From Chthonomonadales bacterium (GTDB lineage Bacteria > Armatimonadota > Chthonomonadetes > Chthonomonadales > CAJBBX01): a DNA stretch of 64,000 nucleotides. A program made the position numbers and the translations under genes. The stretch covers positions 20,017 through 84,016 of the forward strand of contig JBMFSQ010000004.1 in assembly GCA_049967475.1 (NCBI GenBank). Direction: 5' to 3'. How positions within the stretch are numbered: position 1 is the stretch's first letter; each line of letters begins with the position of its first letter. Below the pieces are notes generated by a model. It was not told the origin of the DNA, made no database searches, and saw nothing but the letters and a program-made list of their open reading frames with translations. Shown here in pieces: positions 1 through 9,815 of the stretch.

Positions 1-107
1 TAGAACGTAATGTACGCGTCGTCTATGGTGGTGCGGGGGAACGATGCGACCATAAAGACGCCATAGAACACGGCGGCAAGGAACAACCCCATCCAAACAC
101 GTCTCAT
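1..107 (-). CDS. N-terminal fragment of a membrane GT-C-type glycosyltransferase-like protein (runs off the window edge)
   Basis: Read manually: ATG at 107 with a GGGAGG SD; MRRVWMGLFLAAVFYGVFMVASFPRTTIDDAYITF... is a TM helix followed by the DDAYIT motif typical of AftB-like/GT-C proteins. Confidence 0.6.
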   Translation of the reverse strand, partial: MRRVWMGLFLAAVFYGVFMVASFPRTTIDDAYITF

Positions 108-249
108 GATCGTGAAGCCTCCCTCGCATTGTCGCGCGCCGATCGCTGATCCATTATGGCTCCCGGCGCCTTAGGACTTTAATATGCGCGAACCCCGCGT
201 GCGGCGCTCGCGAAACGGCCCTCACAAATAGTGGGTCTCCGAACCCCGC

Positions 250-828
250 CTAAGATCCCTCCGGCGGCATAGAAGTTTGGCGGAAGCGGCGCTCCCACAC
301 TTTGCGGAAGGCGGTCAGGGTGGGCTCGTCGTAGAGGCAGAAGCGCACCTCACGCAGGGACGTGTCCGGATGGTTGGCAATAAAATCTAGTGCCGCATCC
401 AACAGGATCTCGGCGCATCGGTCTTTGGGAAATCCGAAGATGCCGCTGCTGATGGCGGGTATGGACACCGATTGCAGGCCGAGTTCGTGCGCGCGCAAGA
501 GGCTGTTCTCCAGAGCACTCCGGAGCTTCCGATCCTCGTCGCCGCTTCCCCATACAGGACCCACGGCGTGGATCACGTAGCGCGCGGGCAGGGCGCCTGC
601 GGAGGTAACCCCTGCCTGACCTGTAGGTATGGGCGCGATGCGGTTGCTCTCCTCCTGAATTACCTTGCCGCCTTTCCGAACGATCGCTCCTGCCACGCCG
701 CCTCCATGCATGAGGTGTTCATTGGCGGCGTTGACGATGGCGTCCACCGCCTCTTCGGTGAGGTCTCCTTGAACGAGCCGAAGGGTTGTTCCTGGTGCAG
801 CCTGCATTTCTGCAATGATGCGGTTCAT
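250..828 (-). CDS. Macrodomain protein (O-acetyl-ADP-ribose deacetylase/ADP-ribose hydrolase, YmdB-like)
   Basis: GDLT...DAIVNAAN..L.HGGGVAGAI, IHAVGP and PAISSGIFGFP macrodomain motifs; AAGGAGG SD. Confidence 0.95.
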   Translation of the reverse strand: MNRIIAEMQAAPGTTLRLVQGDLTEEAVDAIVNAANEHLMHGGGVAGAIVRKGGKVIQEESNRIAPIPTGQAGVTSAGALPARYVIHAVGPVWGSGDEDRKLRSALENSLLRAHELGLQSVSIPAISSGIFGFPKDRCAEILLDAALDFIANHPDTSLREVRFCLYDEPTLTAFRKVWERRFRQTSMPPEGS

Positions 829-958
829 TGTAGGCGCCTCCTTTGGATGAAGACGGCATCATCCCTGGCTTCGGCCGCGCAAACAGATGCGCGACGGCTG
901 CTGGGGATATCCGCAGACGATCGGGCGCGCTGTGGCCGGCGGCTGGCGTCGCCCCTCC

Positions 959-1729
959 CTATTTCGGAACCAACCCATGGATGATGCATCGCCTTCTAAA
1001 TTCGTCAAGCGCTGCCAGCTTCGCGTCGTCCAAATCGTATTGCATGATGCGGAAGAAGTATTCCCGCACACGTTCTTCAGGGAGTTCCATTGCTTCTGCC
1101 CATTTGCGGGTGATGCTCTCCAGGGATCGGATGCCCCAGACTTTCGCCCGGCACAAGAGATCGCCCGGGTGCCGCATGCTGAGGCCCGGCCGCGCGAGCC
1201 ACGCTGCATAGACGAAGGGAAGGCCGGTCAACTCCTTCCACTGAGCGCCGAGATCCATGATGTACTGCGCCGGCGTCTCGAAGAGCTTCAGGTCGCCGAT
1301 TATGAGGGCCGCGTCGCAGGCGCCCAACATTGCGTCCAGTTGGGGAGGATGCTTACGGTACACAGGGTGGATGCCGTAGCAGTCCGCCAGGAGGATGCGC
1401 ACGAGTGCGGCGGAGGTGAGGGAACTGGTGTCCAGGGCTACGGAACGGATTTTGGGGAAGGGTACTTTGGAGAAGAGGCGCACACTCTGGACGGGGCCGT
1501 CAGCTGCAATGGAGATGCCTGGAACGATCTGAAGCTCCGGGTGCACGAACTGCTCAAATGTAGACACGAGGGCCACGTCCAGACTTCCTTCGCGCAGGTA
1601 TCGAGCCAACTGGGACGGGACGTCATAGCGAACGTCTACTGCTTCGGAGCAATCCGGGCTGTGGAACCATTCAATGAGGGGCTTGCCGTTGAGGTAGGGC
1701 ACGCATCCTATTCGGAGCGTCTGTTCCAT
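959..1729 (-). CDS. mqnA: Chorismate dehydratase (futalosine menaquinone pathway)
   Basis: RIGCVPYLNGKPL, GPVQSV, LDTSSLTSAAL, LIIGD and DLGAQWKELTGLPFVYAAW; start re-assigned to the ATG at 1729. Confidence 0.92.
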   Translation of the reverse strand: MEQTLRIGCVPYLNGKPLIEWFHSPDCSEAVDVRYDVPSQLARYLREGSLDVALVSTFEQFVHPELQIVPGISIAADGPVQSVRLFSKVPFPKIRSVALDTSSLTSAALVRILLADCYGIHPVYRKHPPQLDAMLGACDAALIIGDLKLFETPAQYIMDLGAQWKELTGLPFVYAAWLARPGLSMRHPGDLLCRAKVWGIRSLESITRKWAEAMELPEERVREYFFRIMQYDLDDAKLAALDEFRRRCIIHGLVPK

Positions 1730-1847
1730 GCATGTGTTCCCTTTGCCTACAGGTTCTTGGCTGCCGCGATCCGCTCGAAAGAGCCTACTGCGCGGCGGAG
1801 GGCTCAACTCTTCCGGGCAGCCCACAGGAGGCGCGCCTCGTTTCGGC

Positions 1848-2729
1848 TCAATGCGCCAGGATGCGGTCCAATACCACAAAGGCCAGGAGCGCGATGCTCA
1901 CCCATCCGTTCATTACGAAGAAGGCCAGGTTGATGCGGCTGAGATCATTGGGTTGCACCAGGGAATGTTCATAGGCGATGAGCGCGCCTACTACCATGAC
2001 TCCCAAATAGTAGGGTTGGTGCAGGCCGCAAAGCTGCCCCACGGCCACGAGCAGCAGCAACATCACGCCATGCATCATACGGCTGAGGCGCAGGGCGGCT
2101 TCGGGACCTAGCTGCTTTGGGATGGAGTGGAGGCCGGCTTTGCGGTCAAACTCCAGATCCTGCAGGGCGTAGATGATATCGAAGCCGCCGATCCACAGCG
2201 TTACCACGCCCGCCAGAAGCAGCGGGGGTACATCGAAGCGGCCGGTGACGGCGAGCCACGCGCCAACGGGACTGATGCCGTCCGCCAATCCCAAGATTAC
2301 ATGAGAGAGGGCGGTGTATCGTTTCGTATAGGAATAACCCAGTATAATGACCAGCGCGACCGGCGAGAGCGTGAAGCACAGGGGATTGAGGCGGTACGCA
2401 GCGTATTCGAAGAGGGCGATGGAAGCAATCGTGAAGAGGCCCACCTGTGTCGTAGTAAGTAGTCCGGCAGGGATGGCGCGTTGGGCTGTGCGGGGATTGG
2501 CCGCATCCAGCTCTGCATCAGCCAGGCGGTTGAAGGCCATCGCTGCGCTTCGAGCGGCTACCATAGCAACAACGATCCACCAGGTAACGCGGCCCGGTGG
2601 CACTCCGTGGGGCAGAGACCGCGCCGCCAGAAGGGCCCCGATGATGGCGAAGGGCATGGCGAACACGGTGTGCTCCACCTTGATCATCTCGAGGATGGTG
2701 CAGAAGCTGCGCCATCCCGCTACGAGCAT
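1848..2729 (-). CDS. mqnP: UbiA-family polyprenyltransferase (MqnP-like)
   Basis: IKVEHTVFAMPFA, ARSAAMAFNRLADAELDAANPRT and GFDIIYALQDLEFDR Asp-rich motifs; start could also be 2774. Confidence 0.92.
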   Translation of the reverse strand: MLVAGWRSFCTILEMIKVEHTVFAMPFAIIGALLAARSLPHGVPPGRVTWWIVVAMVAARSAAMAFNRLADAELDAANPRTAQRAIPAGLLTTTQVGLFTIASIALFEYAAYRLNPLCFTLSPVALVIILGYSYTKRYTALSHVILGLADGISPVGAWLAVTGRFDVPPLLLAGVVTLWIGGFDIIYALQDLEFDRKAGLHSIPKQLGPEAALRLSRMMHGVMLLLLVAVGQLCGLHQPYYLGVMVVGALIAYEHSLVQPNDLSRINLAFFVMNGWVSIALLAFVVLDRILAH

Positions 2730-2749
2730 CGGAGGGCGCTCGCCTGTTC

Positions 2750-3361
2750 CTAATCCGCCTGGATAAACTGCCATTGCGGCACCACTTCCTGTTCTACGCC
2801 CAATTGCTGGAGGATGCGGGCGACCACGGTGTCTACCAGATCTTCCACAGAACTGGGATTGTTGTAGAAGCTTGGGCTAGCCGGCATGATGACGGCTCCT
2901 GCCTCGGCCAGCGCTGCCAGGTTGCGCAGGTGAATGAGGCTCCACGGCGTCTCCCGAAGCACCAGCACCAGCTTCCTGCCTTCTTTGAGGCACACGTCCG
3001 CGGCCCGGGTGATCAGGTCGTCGGACACTCCGGCCGCGATCCTCCCCGCGGTCCCCATGGAGCACGGCACAATAACCATGCCGTCATGCCGAAAAGATCC
3101 GCTGGCCGGAGGCGTGAAATAATCCTTTCGGTCCAAGAATACCAGATTGGGGCACGGATGGCCAAGCAGCCACTCGGCAGTGGGAGCTGCAGCTTCCAGG
3201 CGGGGGCGATGCAGCTCGCTCACGATTACCTGTTGGGCGTGTTCGGACACGGTGACATACAGCGTTCGGAAGGAGGTAGCGGCGTGTTCCAGAAAGCGGA
3301 CGGCGTAGATGGCTCCGCTGGCTCCTGTAATCCCGACTACAAGTTGCCCCGTTGCAGGCAT
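2750..3361 (-). CDS. ubiX: Flavin prenyltransferase
   Basis: VVGITGASG, PASGS, PCSMGT, RAADVCLKE.R.LVL..RETP and PASPSFY. Confidence 0.96.
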   Translation of the reverse strand: MPATGQLVVGITGASGAIYAVRFLEHAATSFRTLYVTVSEHAQQVIVSELHRPRLEAAAPTAEWLLGHPCPNLVFLDRKDYFTPPASGSFRHDGMVIVPCSMGTAGRIAAGVSDDLITRAADVCLKEGRKLVLVLRETPWSLIHLRNLAALAEAGAVIMPASPSFYNNPSSVEDLVDTVVARILQQLGVEQEVVPQWQFIQAD

Positions 3362-3409
3362 TAGGATGCTCCGATGAATTGTGCACGGCGTGCGGGCATG
3401 TTCGCCGGG

Positions 3410-4066
3410 TCATGGGCTCTCCTGGAGGCGGCGGGTCCACCAACGAACTGAGGCCCATCCGCAAACCGCTCCCAGCGCTGCGCCGCCCGCCACATCCAGG
3501 GGCCAATGGCTGGCCAGATAGAGACGGGAGAAAGCAATGAGGCCCGCCAGAACCCATGCCGCCGCAGCCGCTAGCCGGTAGCGCCTGCGCCCCCGCATAA
3601 GGAGCGTGATCCCCAGGGCTACTGCAACAGAGGTTGCCGTATGCCCGGAAGGAAAGCCACGAACTTTTAAAGGGTATACCCCGGGAACAGTCCGAATGTG
3701 TACTTGGAGATCATGGCCCGCACGGTGTTCCTGCTCATAGAACCACCAGGGACGGGAGCGGGAGGTCGTATTCTTGACGACGTCCGACGCCACTCCCGAA
3801 GCAATTATTGCGGTAAGGAGCGGCACTACCCACCAACTTCTCCGCTTTATGGCTTGAGGCAAGCTGGTCCGGTACGGAGGCCGTACCTCACCGTGCCATA
3901 GTGCGGCACCGATGGCTGCCGTCAGGATGGCCAACGCTTGCACATGACCCAGTCCCAGATCGGTGATTAACGGCATGGCCCAATCCAGGAAGCGATTGGG
4001 GCATGTGTGGTTGATCAGCAGGAACAGGTGACGGTCCCAGGCTACCAGGAGGTGGGGGAGGTGCAT
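3410..4066 (-). CDS. PAP2-family membrane phosphatase
   Basis: K-x6-RP (KNTTSRSRP), FPSGH and SRLYLASHWPLDV motifs; hydrophobic helices. Confidence 0.92.
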   Translation of the reverse strand: MHLPHLLVAWDRHLFLLINHTCPNRFLDWAMPLITDLGLGHVQALAILTAAIGAALWHGEVRPPYRTSLPQAIKRRSWWVVPLLTAIIASGVASDVVKNTTSRSRPWWFYEQEHRAGHDLQVHIRTVPGVYPLKVRGFPSGHTATSVAVALGITLLMRGRRRYRLAAAAAWVLAGLIAFSRLYLASHWPLDVAGGAALGAVCGWASVRWWTRRLQESP

Positions 4067-4191
4067 TTGCGGCCATCCTTATGCGCGCAGATTAAACAAA
4101 CGGAGAGGCCGCGCAGCCGTTGGGGCGCCGCTGCGGCAGGCAGTGCATGGGGCTGGTCTTGATTGAGGGGCGCCGAAAATCCACAAAGCCG

Positions 4192-5646
4192 CTACCCTAA
4201 CCCCAGGCGGGGCCACAAGTCGTCAATTCGCCGTTTCACTTCCGGTGTCATGGTGATGATCTCGGGCCATGTGCGTGAGTATCCTTCACCGGGAAGTTTG
4301 CGCGTGCAATCGAAGCCGATCTTGGATCCGAAGCCCTCCAGCGGAGCCGAATGGTCCAGCACGTCTACGGGCCCTCGCGTGATGAGCATGTCGCGCTCGG
4401 GATCGAGGTTGTTGGTTCCGCGCCAGAGGCACTCTTTGAGATCTTGCACGTTTACATCGGCGTCGAATACGAAGATCATCTTGGTAAACATGAGCTGGCC
4501 CAGTCCCCATAGGGCGTGCATCACCTTGAAGGCATGGCCAGGATACCGCTTGCGGATAGACACCAGGGCCAAGTTATGGAAGCATGCTTCTACGGGCAGG
4601 TTCAGATCCACCAGTTCGGGGATCACCATGCGGATCAGGGGAAGGAAGATGCGCTCGGTGGCTTTGCCGAGCCATGCGTCCTCCATGGGAGGCCTTCCTA
4701 CGATCGTGGTAGGATAGACGGGCGCTTTGCGTTGTGTGATGGCACTCACACGAAACACCGGATACGGTTCCACAGGCGTGTAGTATCCGGTGTGATCGCC
4801 GAAAGGGCCTTCCGAGCGCCGCTCGAATGGTTGGACGGTTCCCTCCAGCACGATTTCCGCTGATGCGGGAACCAGCACATCCACCGTTTTGCATGGAACC
4901 AGTTCAACCGGTCGGCCGCGCAGGAAACCGGCGAAGGCGATTTCGTCTATGCCGGGAGGAAGAGGCGCGGTAGCAGCGTAGGTGAGAACAGGGTCTCCTC
5001 CAAGGGCTACGGCCACCGGAATGGGCGACTGCGCCTCCTCGCTCTTGCGGTAATGTTCGGCTCCCACCTTGTGGAGCTGCCAGTGCATGCCCGTCGTGTT
5101 GCGGTCGTACACCTGCATGCGGTACATGCCGACGTTGCGCTTGCCGGTTGCGGGATCCCGGGTGAATACCAGGGGCAGAGTGATGAAGGGGCCGCCATCC
5201 TGCGGCCAGCAGGTTAAGATCGGCAGCCGGCCGAGGTCCACATCTGCGCCGGTATGGACGACTTCCTGGCAGATGCCGGAGGACACGCGCCGCGGAGCCA
5301 TGGCAGCGAGCCTGCCGAGCTTGGGAAGCATCTGGATCTTGCCGAGCCATCCTTCGGGTACTTCAGGCTTGAGGAGTTCCTCGATTTGGCGGGCAACGTC
5401 CTCCAGGTCTTCCACTCCCAGCGCGAGGCTCATTCGGCGGCGCGATCCAAAGGTATTGATGGCCACGGGGATCGAGGAGCCTACGGGTTTTTCGATGAGG
5501 AGAGCCTTACCGCCCTTGGGGCTCTTCATCATCCGGTCGGCAACCTCTGTGATCTCGAGCTTTGGGTTCAGGGGATGCCGGATGCGGCACAGCTCCCCCT
5601 CGCGCTCGAGCCGGGAGAGGAATTGTTGAAAATCGTCGTAGGCCAT
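4192..5646 (-). CDS. ubiD: UbiD-family prFMN-dependent decarboxylase (menaquinone biosynthesis decarboxylase)
   Basis: RNVGMYRMQV, EGPFGDHTGYY, GRPPMED and GPVDVLDH; GGAGG SD. Confidence 0.96.
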   Translation of the reverse strand: MAYDDFQQFLSRLEREGELCRIRHPLNPKLEITEVADRMMKSPKGGKALLIEKPVGSSIPVAINTFGSRRRMSLALGVEDLEDVARQIEELLKPEVPEGWLGKIQMLPKLGRLAAMAPRRVSSGICQEVVHTGADVDLGRLPILTCWPQDGGPFITLPLVFTRDPATGKRNVGMYRMQVYDRNTTGMHWQLHKVGAEHYRKSEEAQSPIPVAVALGGDPVLTYAATAPLPPGIDEIAFAGFLRGRPVELVPCKTVDVLVPASAEIVLEGTVQPFERRSEGPFGDHTGYYTPVEPYPVFRVSAITQRKAPVYPTTIVGRPPMEDAWLGKATERIFLPLIRMVIPELVDLNLPVEACFHNLALVSIRKRYPGHAFKVMHALWGLGQLMFTKMIFVFDADVNVQDLKECLWRGTNNLDPERDMLITRGPVDVLDHSAPLEGFGSKIGFDCTRKLPGEGYSRTWPEIITMTPEVKRRIDDLWPRLGLG

Positions 5647-5670
5647 AGGCGCCTCCGGGTAAACGGCGTG

Positions 5671-5710
5671 AGTATACCCGACGGACTTGCGCGCCGTCGG
5701 TTCCGGAACC
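5671..5710 (-). promoter_or_regulatory. -10 box (TATACT) of the menaquinone cluster with adjacent inverted repeats
   Basis: TATACT on the minus strand at 5671-5676; CCGACGG-N9-CCGTCGG at 5678-5700; palindrome GGTTCCGGAACC at 5699-5710. Confidence 0.5.
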
Positions 5711-5863
5711 TATATGGGCGGTGACGCAGGGTGGGCGGCAGGGAGTGAGGAGGTCTATGCTCCGCCGATGGATCGGAGGTGCTTCCGGTTGCCGCAGTGC
5801 CCAAAGGTCGCGGCCTGCGAAAGCTCCCTAACCGCCCGCGCTTGAGACGGCTGATGGAAGCGG

Positions 5864-7159
5864 TTATTCCTTCAAGAACAGCTCGATCACCGGGACGCCG
5901 ACGTCGGGTTTGCGCACGGGCAGCCGGAGCGTGAGCGTGTCGGAGGGCTTGGCCCCTCCTTCCGCAGCGATTTGCCACGCTTCCGGCCCTTGCATCGGGA
6001 TCTCCGAGGCGTCGTTCAAGAGCTGTGCGTACTCTACTTTGCCGGCAAACCCATCCAGGTGCAAGTGTTCGAAGGGCCAGGCGAACACGTGCACGTATAC
6101 GCGGTTCGTTTTGGGATTGTAGGTTAGGCGGCAATCCTGGGGCGTGGGCAGGTGTTCCGGAGCTTGTGTGCATCCGTAAATCGCCCGGTTGTGGCGCTTC
6201 ATCCATTCGCCGATGCCCTGAAGCCGCTCCAAGGCGCGTGCGTCAAATTCTCCCCGTGCCGTAGGACCTACATTGAGCAGGAAGTTGCCGCCCTTGCTTA
6301 CCGTGTCCACCAGCATGCGGATAATCTGGTCCACACTCTTCCAACTGGCTTCGTCACGGTGGTATCCCCACGATCCCGAGAAGGTGTGGCAAGCCTCCCA
6401 AACCACCTTCTGCCCCTCGAATGTGAGCCAGCCCCGAGGCTGATACTGTTCCGGGGTCTTGATGTCCCATCCCTCCGCAAGGTCCATTCGGTCGTCCAGG
6501 ATGATGTGGGGCTGAAGTTCCCGGACCATCTTGTAAAGCCGCTCGCTTTCCCAGTCGTCGCGGCCTTTGCCGACCCATCCTTCCCGACTGGGATAGCTGA
6601 AATCGAACCACAGGATGTCAACCTTGCCGAACTCCGTGAGGAGCTCCCGAACCTGGTTCCGAAGGTATTCGGCGTATCGGCGCTGATCGCGCCCTTCATT
6701 GAGGCGCGCGCGGTCAGGATGGTCTCGCAGCGGATGGAGGTCATCCAGGACGAAATCCGGATGGTGCCAATCTATGAGGGAATGGTAAAAGCCCACCTTG
6801 AGGCCGCGAGCGCGGAAGGCCTCCACCATGGGCCGAAGCAGATCTCGGCGGGCGGGGGTATTGGGGGCCTTGTAGTCGGTGTACTTGGTGTCCCAAAGGC
6901 AGAAGCCTTCGTGATGCTTCGTGGTCACCACGAAGTATTTCATCCCGGCGTTGGCTGCGGCCTCGGCCCACGCGTTGGGGTCGTAGAGATCGGGATCGAA
7001 ATGGCGGAAGTACACATCGTATTGTTCATCCGTCATCCGCTCTCGCTGCTTCACCCATTCATGCCGGGCTGGGAGCGCATACAGGCCCCAGTGGATGAAA
7101 AGGCCAAATCGGTCATGGACGAACCAGGTGGTGTCTCCAGGGGTGGGTCTGACGTTCAT
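5864..7159 (-). CDS. Alpha-L-fucosidase, GH29
   Basis: RFGLFIHWGLY, TTKHHEGFCLW, WFDFS and NFLLNVGP; no signal peptide; start at the ATG at 7159 with a GGAGG SD. Confidence 0.95.
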   Translation of the reverse strand: MNVRPTPGDTTWFVHDRFGLFIHWGLYALPARHEWVKQRERMTDEQYDVYFRHFDPDLYDPNAWAEAAANAGMKYFVVTTKHHEGFCLWDTKYTDYKAPNTPARRDLLRPMVEAFRARGLKVGFYHSLIDWHHPDFVLDDLHPLRDHPDRARLNEGRDQRRYAEYLRNQVRELLTEFGKVDILWFDFSYPSREGWVGKGRDDWESERLYKMVRELQPHIILDDRMDLAEGWDIKTPEQYQPRGWLTFEGQKVVWEACHTFSGSWGYHRDEASWKSVDQIIRMLVDTVSKGGNFLLNVGPTARGEFDARALERLQGIGEWMKRHNRAIYGCTQAPEHLPTPQDCRLTYNPKTNRVYVHVFAWPFEHLHLDGFAGKVEYAQLLNDASEIPMQGPEAWQIAAEGGAKPSDTLTLRLPVRKPDVGVPVIELFLKE

Positions 7160-7310
7160 GGGATGCCTCCGATTGCGGGATCGGCTAGAAGCCAACGGCA
7201 TGTTCGCCCTGGCGGAACGTATTCCTCCCTGCGGCGGCAGTTCCTTGGAGGTTGGAGCCCGCGGCGCCCCGGCTGGAACATGAAGTACGGGTGGGAAGCG
7301 GCTAGAGGCG

Positions 7311-8576
7311 TCAGGCGCTTTGTGCTTCGCGGAGCCAGCGCACCGTTTCTGCAAAGCTGGGCCGCTTCCCGTAGATCAGCAATCCGAAGCGGAAGAGGCG
7401 CACGGAGAGGCGATGGATCAGGCGGATGGTCAAGGCCATCAAGAGCACAGCCACAACGCTTTGATAGGCCGGTATCTCCCCGGCGCTGCTGCGCAGAACC
7501 ATGGTGAGCGGCGCCGTGAACGGGAAGTAGGAAAGCGCTTGAGCCAGAACGCCGTTGGGTGACTGAAGGATGGGCATCAGGACGAAAAACGGTGAAAACG
7601 CCATGAAGGACACGACGCTGGCGATCTGTTGCGACTCCCGGTAGGAGGTGCCCAGGGCGCCGATGCCCGCCATGAGCGTGGCATAGAGGCCGAAGCCGAG
7701 GATGAAGTAGAGGGCCAGCATCCCTAGGGCTGCGGGCGGGATGCGGACGAAGCGGTGGAAGAGCAGCAACGCAGGCAGAGCGGCCATGAGCACCCATGCT
7801 CCTACCTGAGTGAGGCCAACTCCCGCCAGCCCTATGAGCTTTCCCGTTAGAAGATCACTCGCGGTGACGGAGGAGAGGATCACTTCGATTACGCGGTTCT
7901 CTTTCTCGTCTGCTACGGATCGCAGCAGGTAATTGGCGGAGATGAATACCGCCATGATGAGCATCATTCCGAACCCGTATGGTACCAGGAAGCGGGCAGC
8001 CTCGCCTGCGCCGGTGCGACGGCTGAAGCGACCTGCCTTAGCATCCCACGTGTACACAGAGGGTCCGTGCCGCCCGGTGGGCAGCGTTACGCGCTCAACG
8101 ATGGAAGGGGGTATGCGCGTCTTGGCTAGAAGCGCCCGCGTGAGGACCCCATCAGCCTGGATGTCGGCGCCGCTGAAGATCGGGCCGGCCGGCTGGTAGA
8201 TCTCGACCTTCCCCGACGCAAGATAATCTGCCGCCACCACGATCAATGCACGCAACCGGCCGGATCGGACTGCCTGCAATCCTTCATCCTCGTTCGAAAA
8301 AACTTCCACAGGCGGGTTCCACGTGCCCGCCGATGGAAAGCTGAGGGCGCCGCTGTGATCCACTACACCCAAAGGCTTGTTACGCGGCGTTGCAGCGCCG
8401 ATGGTCATGCCAGTACTGAGCATGCTGATGCCCATCACCACAAGGAGAAACACAGGGAGCCCCAGGGTTACTAGGAGGAATTCCTTGCGGCGGACGTTCG
8501 TAATGTATTCATGCTGGGCGATAATGAGCGCTCGGTGTGCCATTTGACCCTCGCTCTTGATGCCGGATCCGGTCAA
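7311..8576 (-). CDS. ABC-2 exporter permease (NatB/YhaP-like)
   Basis: EKENRVIEVILSSV...L..GK motif, LSYFPFTAP; N-terminal TM, extracytoplasmic loop and C-terminal TMs; start may be 8543. Confidence 0.9.
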   Translation of the reverse strand: MTGSGIKSEGQMAHRALIIAQHEYITNVRRKEFLLVTLGLPVFLLVVMGISMLSTGMTIGAATPRNKPLGVVDHSGALSFPSAGTWNPPVEVFSNEDEGLQAVRSGRLRALIVVAADYLASGKVEIYQPAGPIFSGADIQADGVLTRALLAKTRIPPSIVERVTLPTGRHGPSVYTWDAKAGRFSRRTGAGEAARFLVPYGFGMMLIMAVFISANYLLRSVADEKENRVIEVILSSVTASDLLTGKLIGLAGVGLTQVGAWVLMAALPALLLFHRFVRIPPAALGMLALYFILGFGLYATLMAGIGALGTSYRESQQIASVVSFMAFSPFFVLMPILQSPNGVLAQALSYFPFTAPLTMVLRSSAGEIPAYQSVVAVLLMALTIRLIHRLSVRLFRFGLLIYGKRPSFAETVRWLREAQSA

Positions 8577-9601
8577 AGGGATGCCTCTACGCTGGCCCTC
8601 AGAGCCTGGGCGCCTTCGGCACCTACCTCTCTTATGAAGATATCTTCCAGCGTGGGTTCGTAGGGTTCGAAGCGGAGGATATCCACGTTCTTTGCGAGAA
8701 GCGCAGCCAGCACCTCGCGGCGGCCCACGCCCTCCTCCGGGCGGATGATATAAGTCTGCATCCTGCTTTCGGTGCTTCCGGCGTTTGCACGGGGGGCCGG
8801 ATCATTTCGTAGGGTGCCAGCGTCGCCCAAGGGCGCGGCCGCCGGCGTTTCCCCCTCACCACGAGCGGCCTCGACGATGCATCCCGGAAGCTCCGGAAGA
8901 TCTCCTGCTACTTCTACGACGAACGCCCCATCGGAATAGCGGCGCTTGATCTCGGCCATGGCTCCGAACAGCTTCACCGCGCCCCTGTACAGCATCAGCA
9001 GGTGGTCGCACAGCTTCTCGGCATGCTCCATGTTGTGTGTCGAGAGTAATACCGTAGCGCCGGCGTCCCGCTGAAGCCGAACCACAGCCTGAAGGTCCCG
9101 GGCGCTCACCGGATCCAGGCCGCTGAAGGGTTCATCCAGAATAAGCAATCTAGGACGGTGGACAATGGTGGCCGCCAGTTGGACCCGCTGGGCCATACCT
9201 TTGGAGAGTTCCTCGAGCTTTCGGCGGGCGTGCCGCGCCATACCTACTCTTTCCAGGGCCTCGGCAGTTGCGCGCTTCGCTGCGGCGGCTGGGACGCCTC
9301 TGAGGCGGGCGAAGTAGGTGACGGTTTGCTCAGGTGTCAGGCCGCGGTAGAGGCCGCGCTCCTCGGGCATGTAACCTACCTGAGGCAACACGTCCAGGAT
9401 CATGGAACTGCCCAACACCTTCAGGCTGCCGCTATCGGGCCGTAGAATGCCGGTGAGGAGACGCAGCAACGTAGTCTTCCCTGCGCCGTTGGGGCCCACG
9501 AGCGCAAAGAGCTGGCCTGGTTCCACGTGAAAGGACACGTGGTCCAGCGCACGCACTCCGTCGTATTCCTTGGTGATCCCTTGGGCCTCGATGATGTCCA
9601 T
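8573..9601 (-). CDS. ABC transporter ATP-binding protein
   Basis: GPNGAGKTT, LSKGM, LILDEPFSGLD and STH; C-terminal EPTLEDIF. Confidence 0.93.
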   Translation of the reverse strand: MDIIEAQGITKEYDGVRALDHVSFHVEPGQLFALVGPNGAGKTTLLRLLTGILRPDSGSLKVLGSSMILDVLPQVGYMPEERGLYRGLTPEQTVTYFARLRGVPAAAAKRATAEALERVGMARHARRKLEELSKGMAQRVQLAATIVHRPRLLILDEPFSGLDPVSARDLQAVVRLQRDAGATVLLSTHNMEHAEKLCDHLLMLYRGAVKLFGAMAEIKRRYSDGAFVVEVAGDLPELPGCIVEAARGEGETPAAAPLGDAGTLRNDPAPRANAGSTESRMQTYIIRPEEGVGRREVLAALLAKNVDILRFEPYEPTLEDIFIREVGAEGAQALRASVEASL

Positions 9602-9815
9602 GCCTGTCTCTGTGGCGGAGCGACCGTGATACAGACGGTGTGCGAAGCAGACGCGTTTCGCTCGACGAAGAAATTGTGACACACACCGCGCCGGATGCAC
9701 AGGATTGAAGTATCCACGCAGCGAACACTGGCAGGCGTGGCACGGCGAGGTTTGCCCTATCCGTGGTCATCATCAGGCGCTATGGAGTAGAATAGGATCG
9801 AAAGGCGGGCGCACC

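Noticed and set aside
190..249. Direct repeat GAACCCCGC occurring twice
   Set aside because: Only two 9-nt copies; not a CRISPR array and plausible by chance.
6152..7507. 451-aa plus-strand ORF
   Set aside because: Antisense shadow of the GH29 gene; typical of high-GC codon bias and has no motifs.
9738..9755. TGGCAC...TTGC sigma54-like site upstream of rpiB
   Set aside because: The spacing is 8 nt rather than the strict 5 nt.
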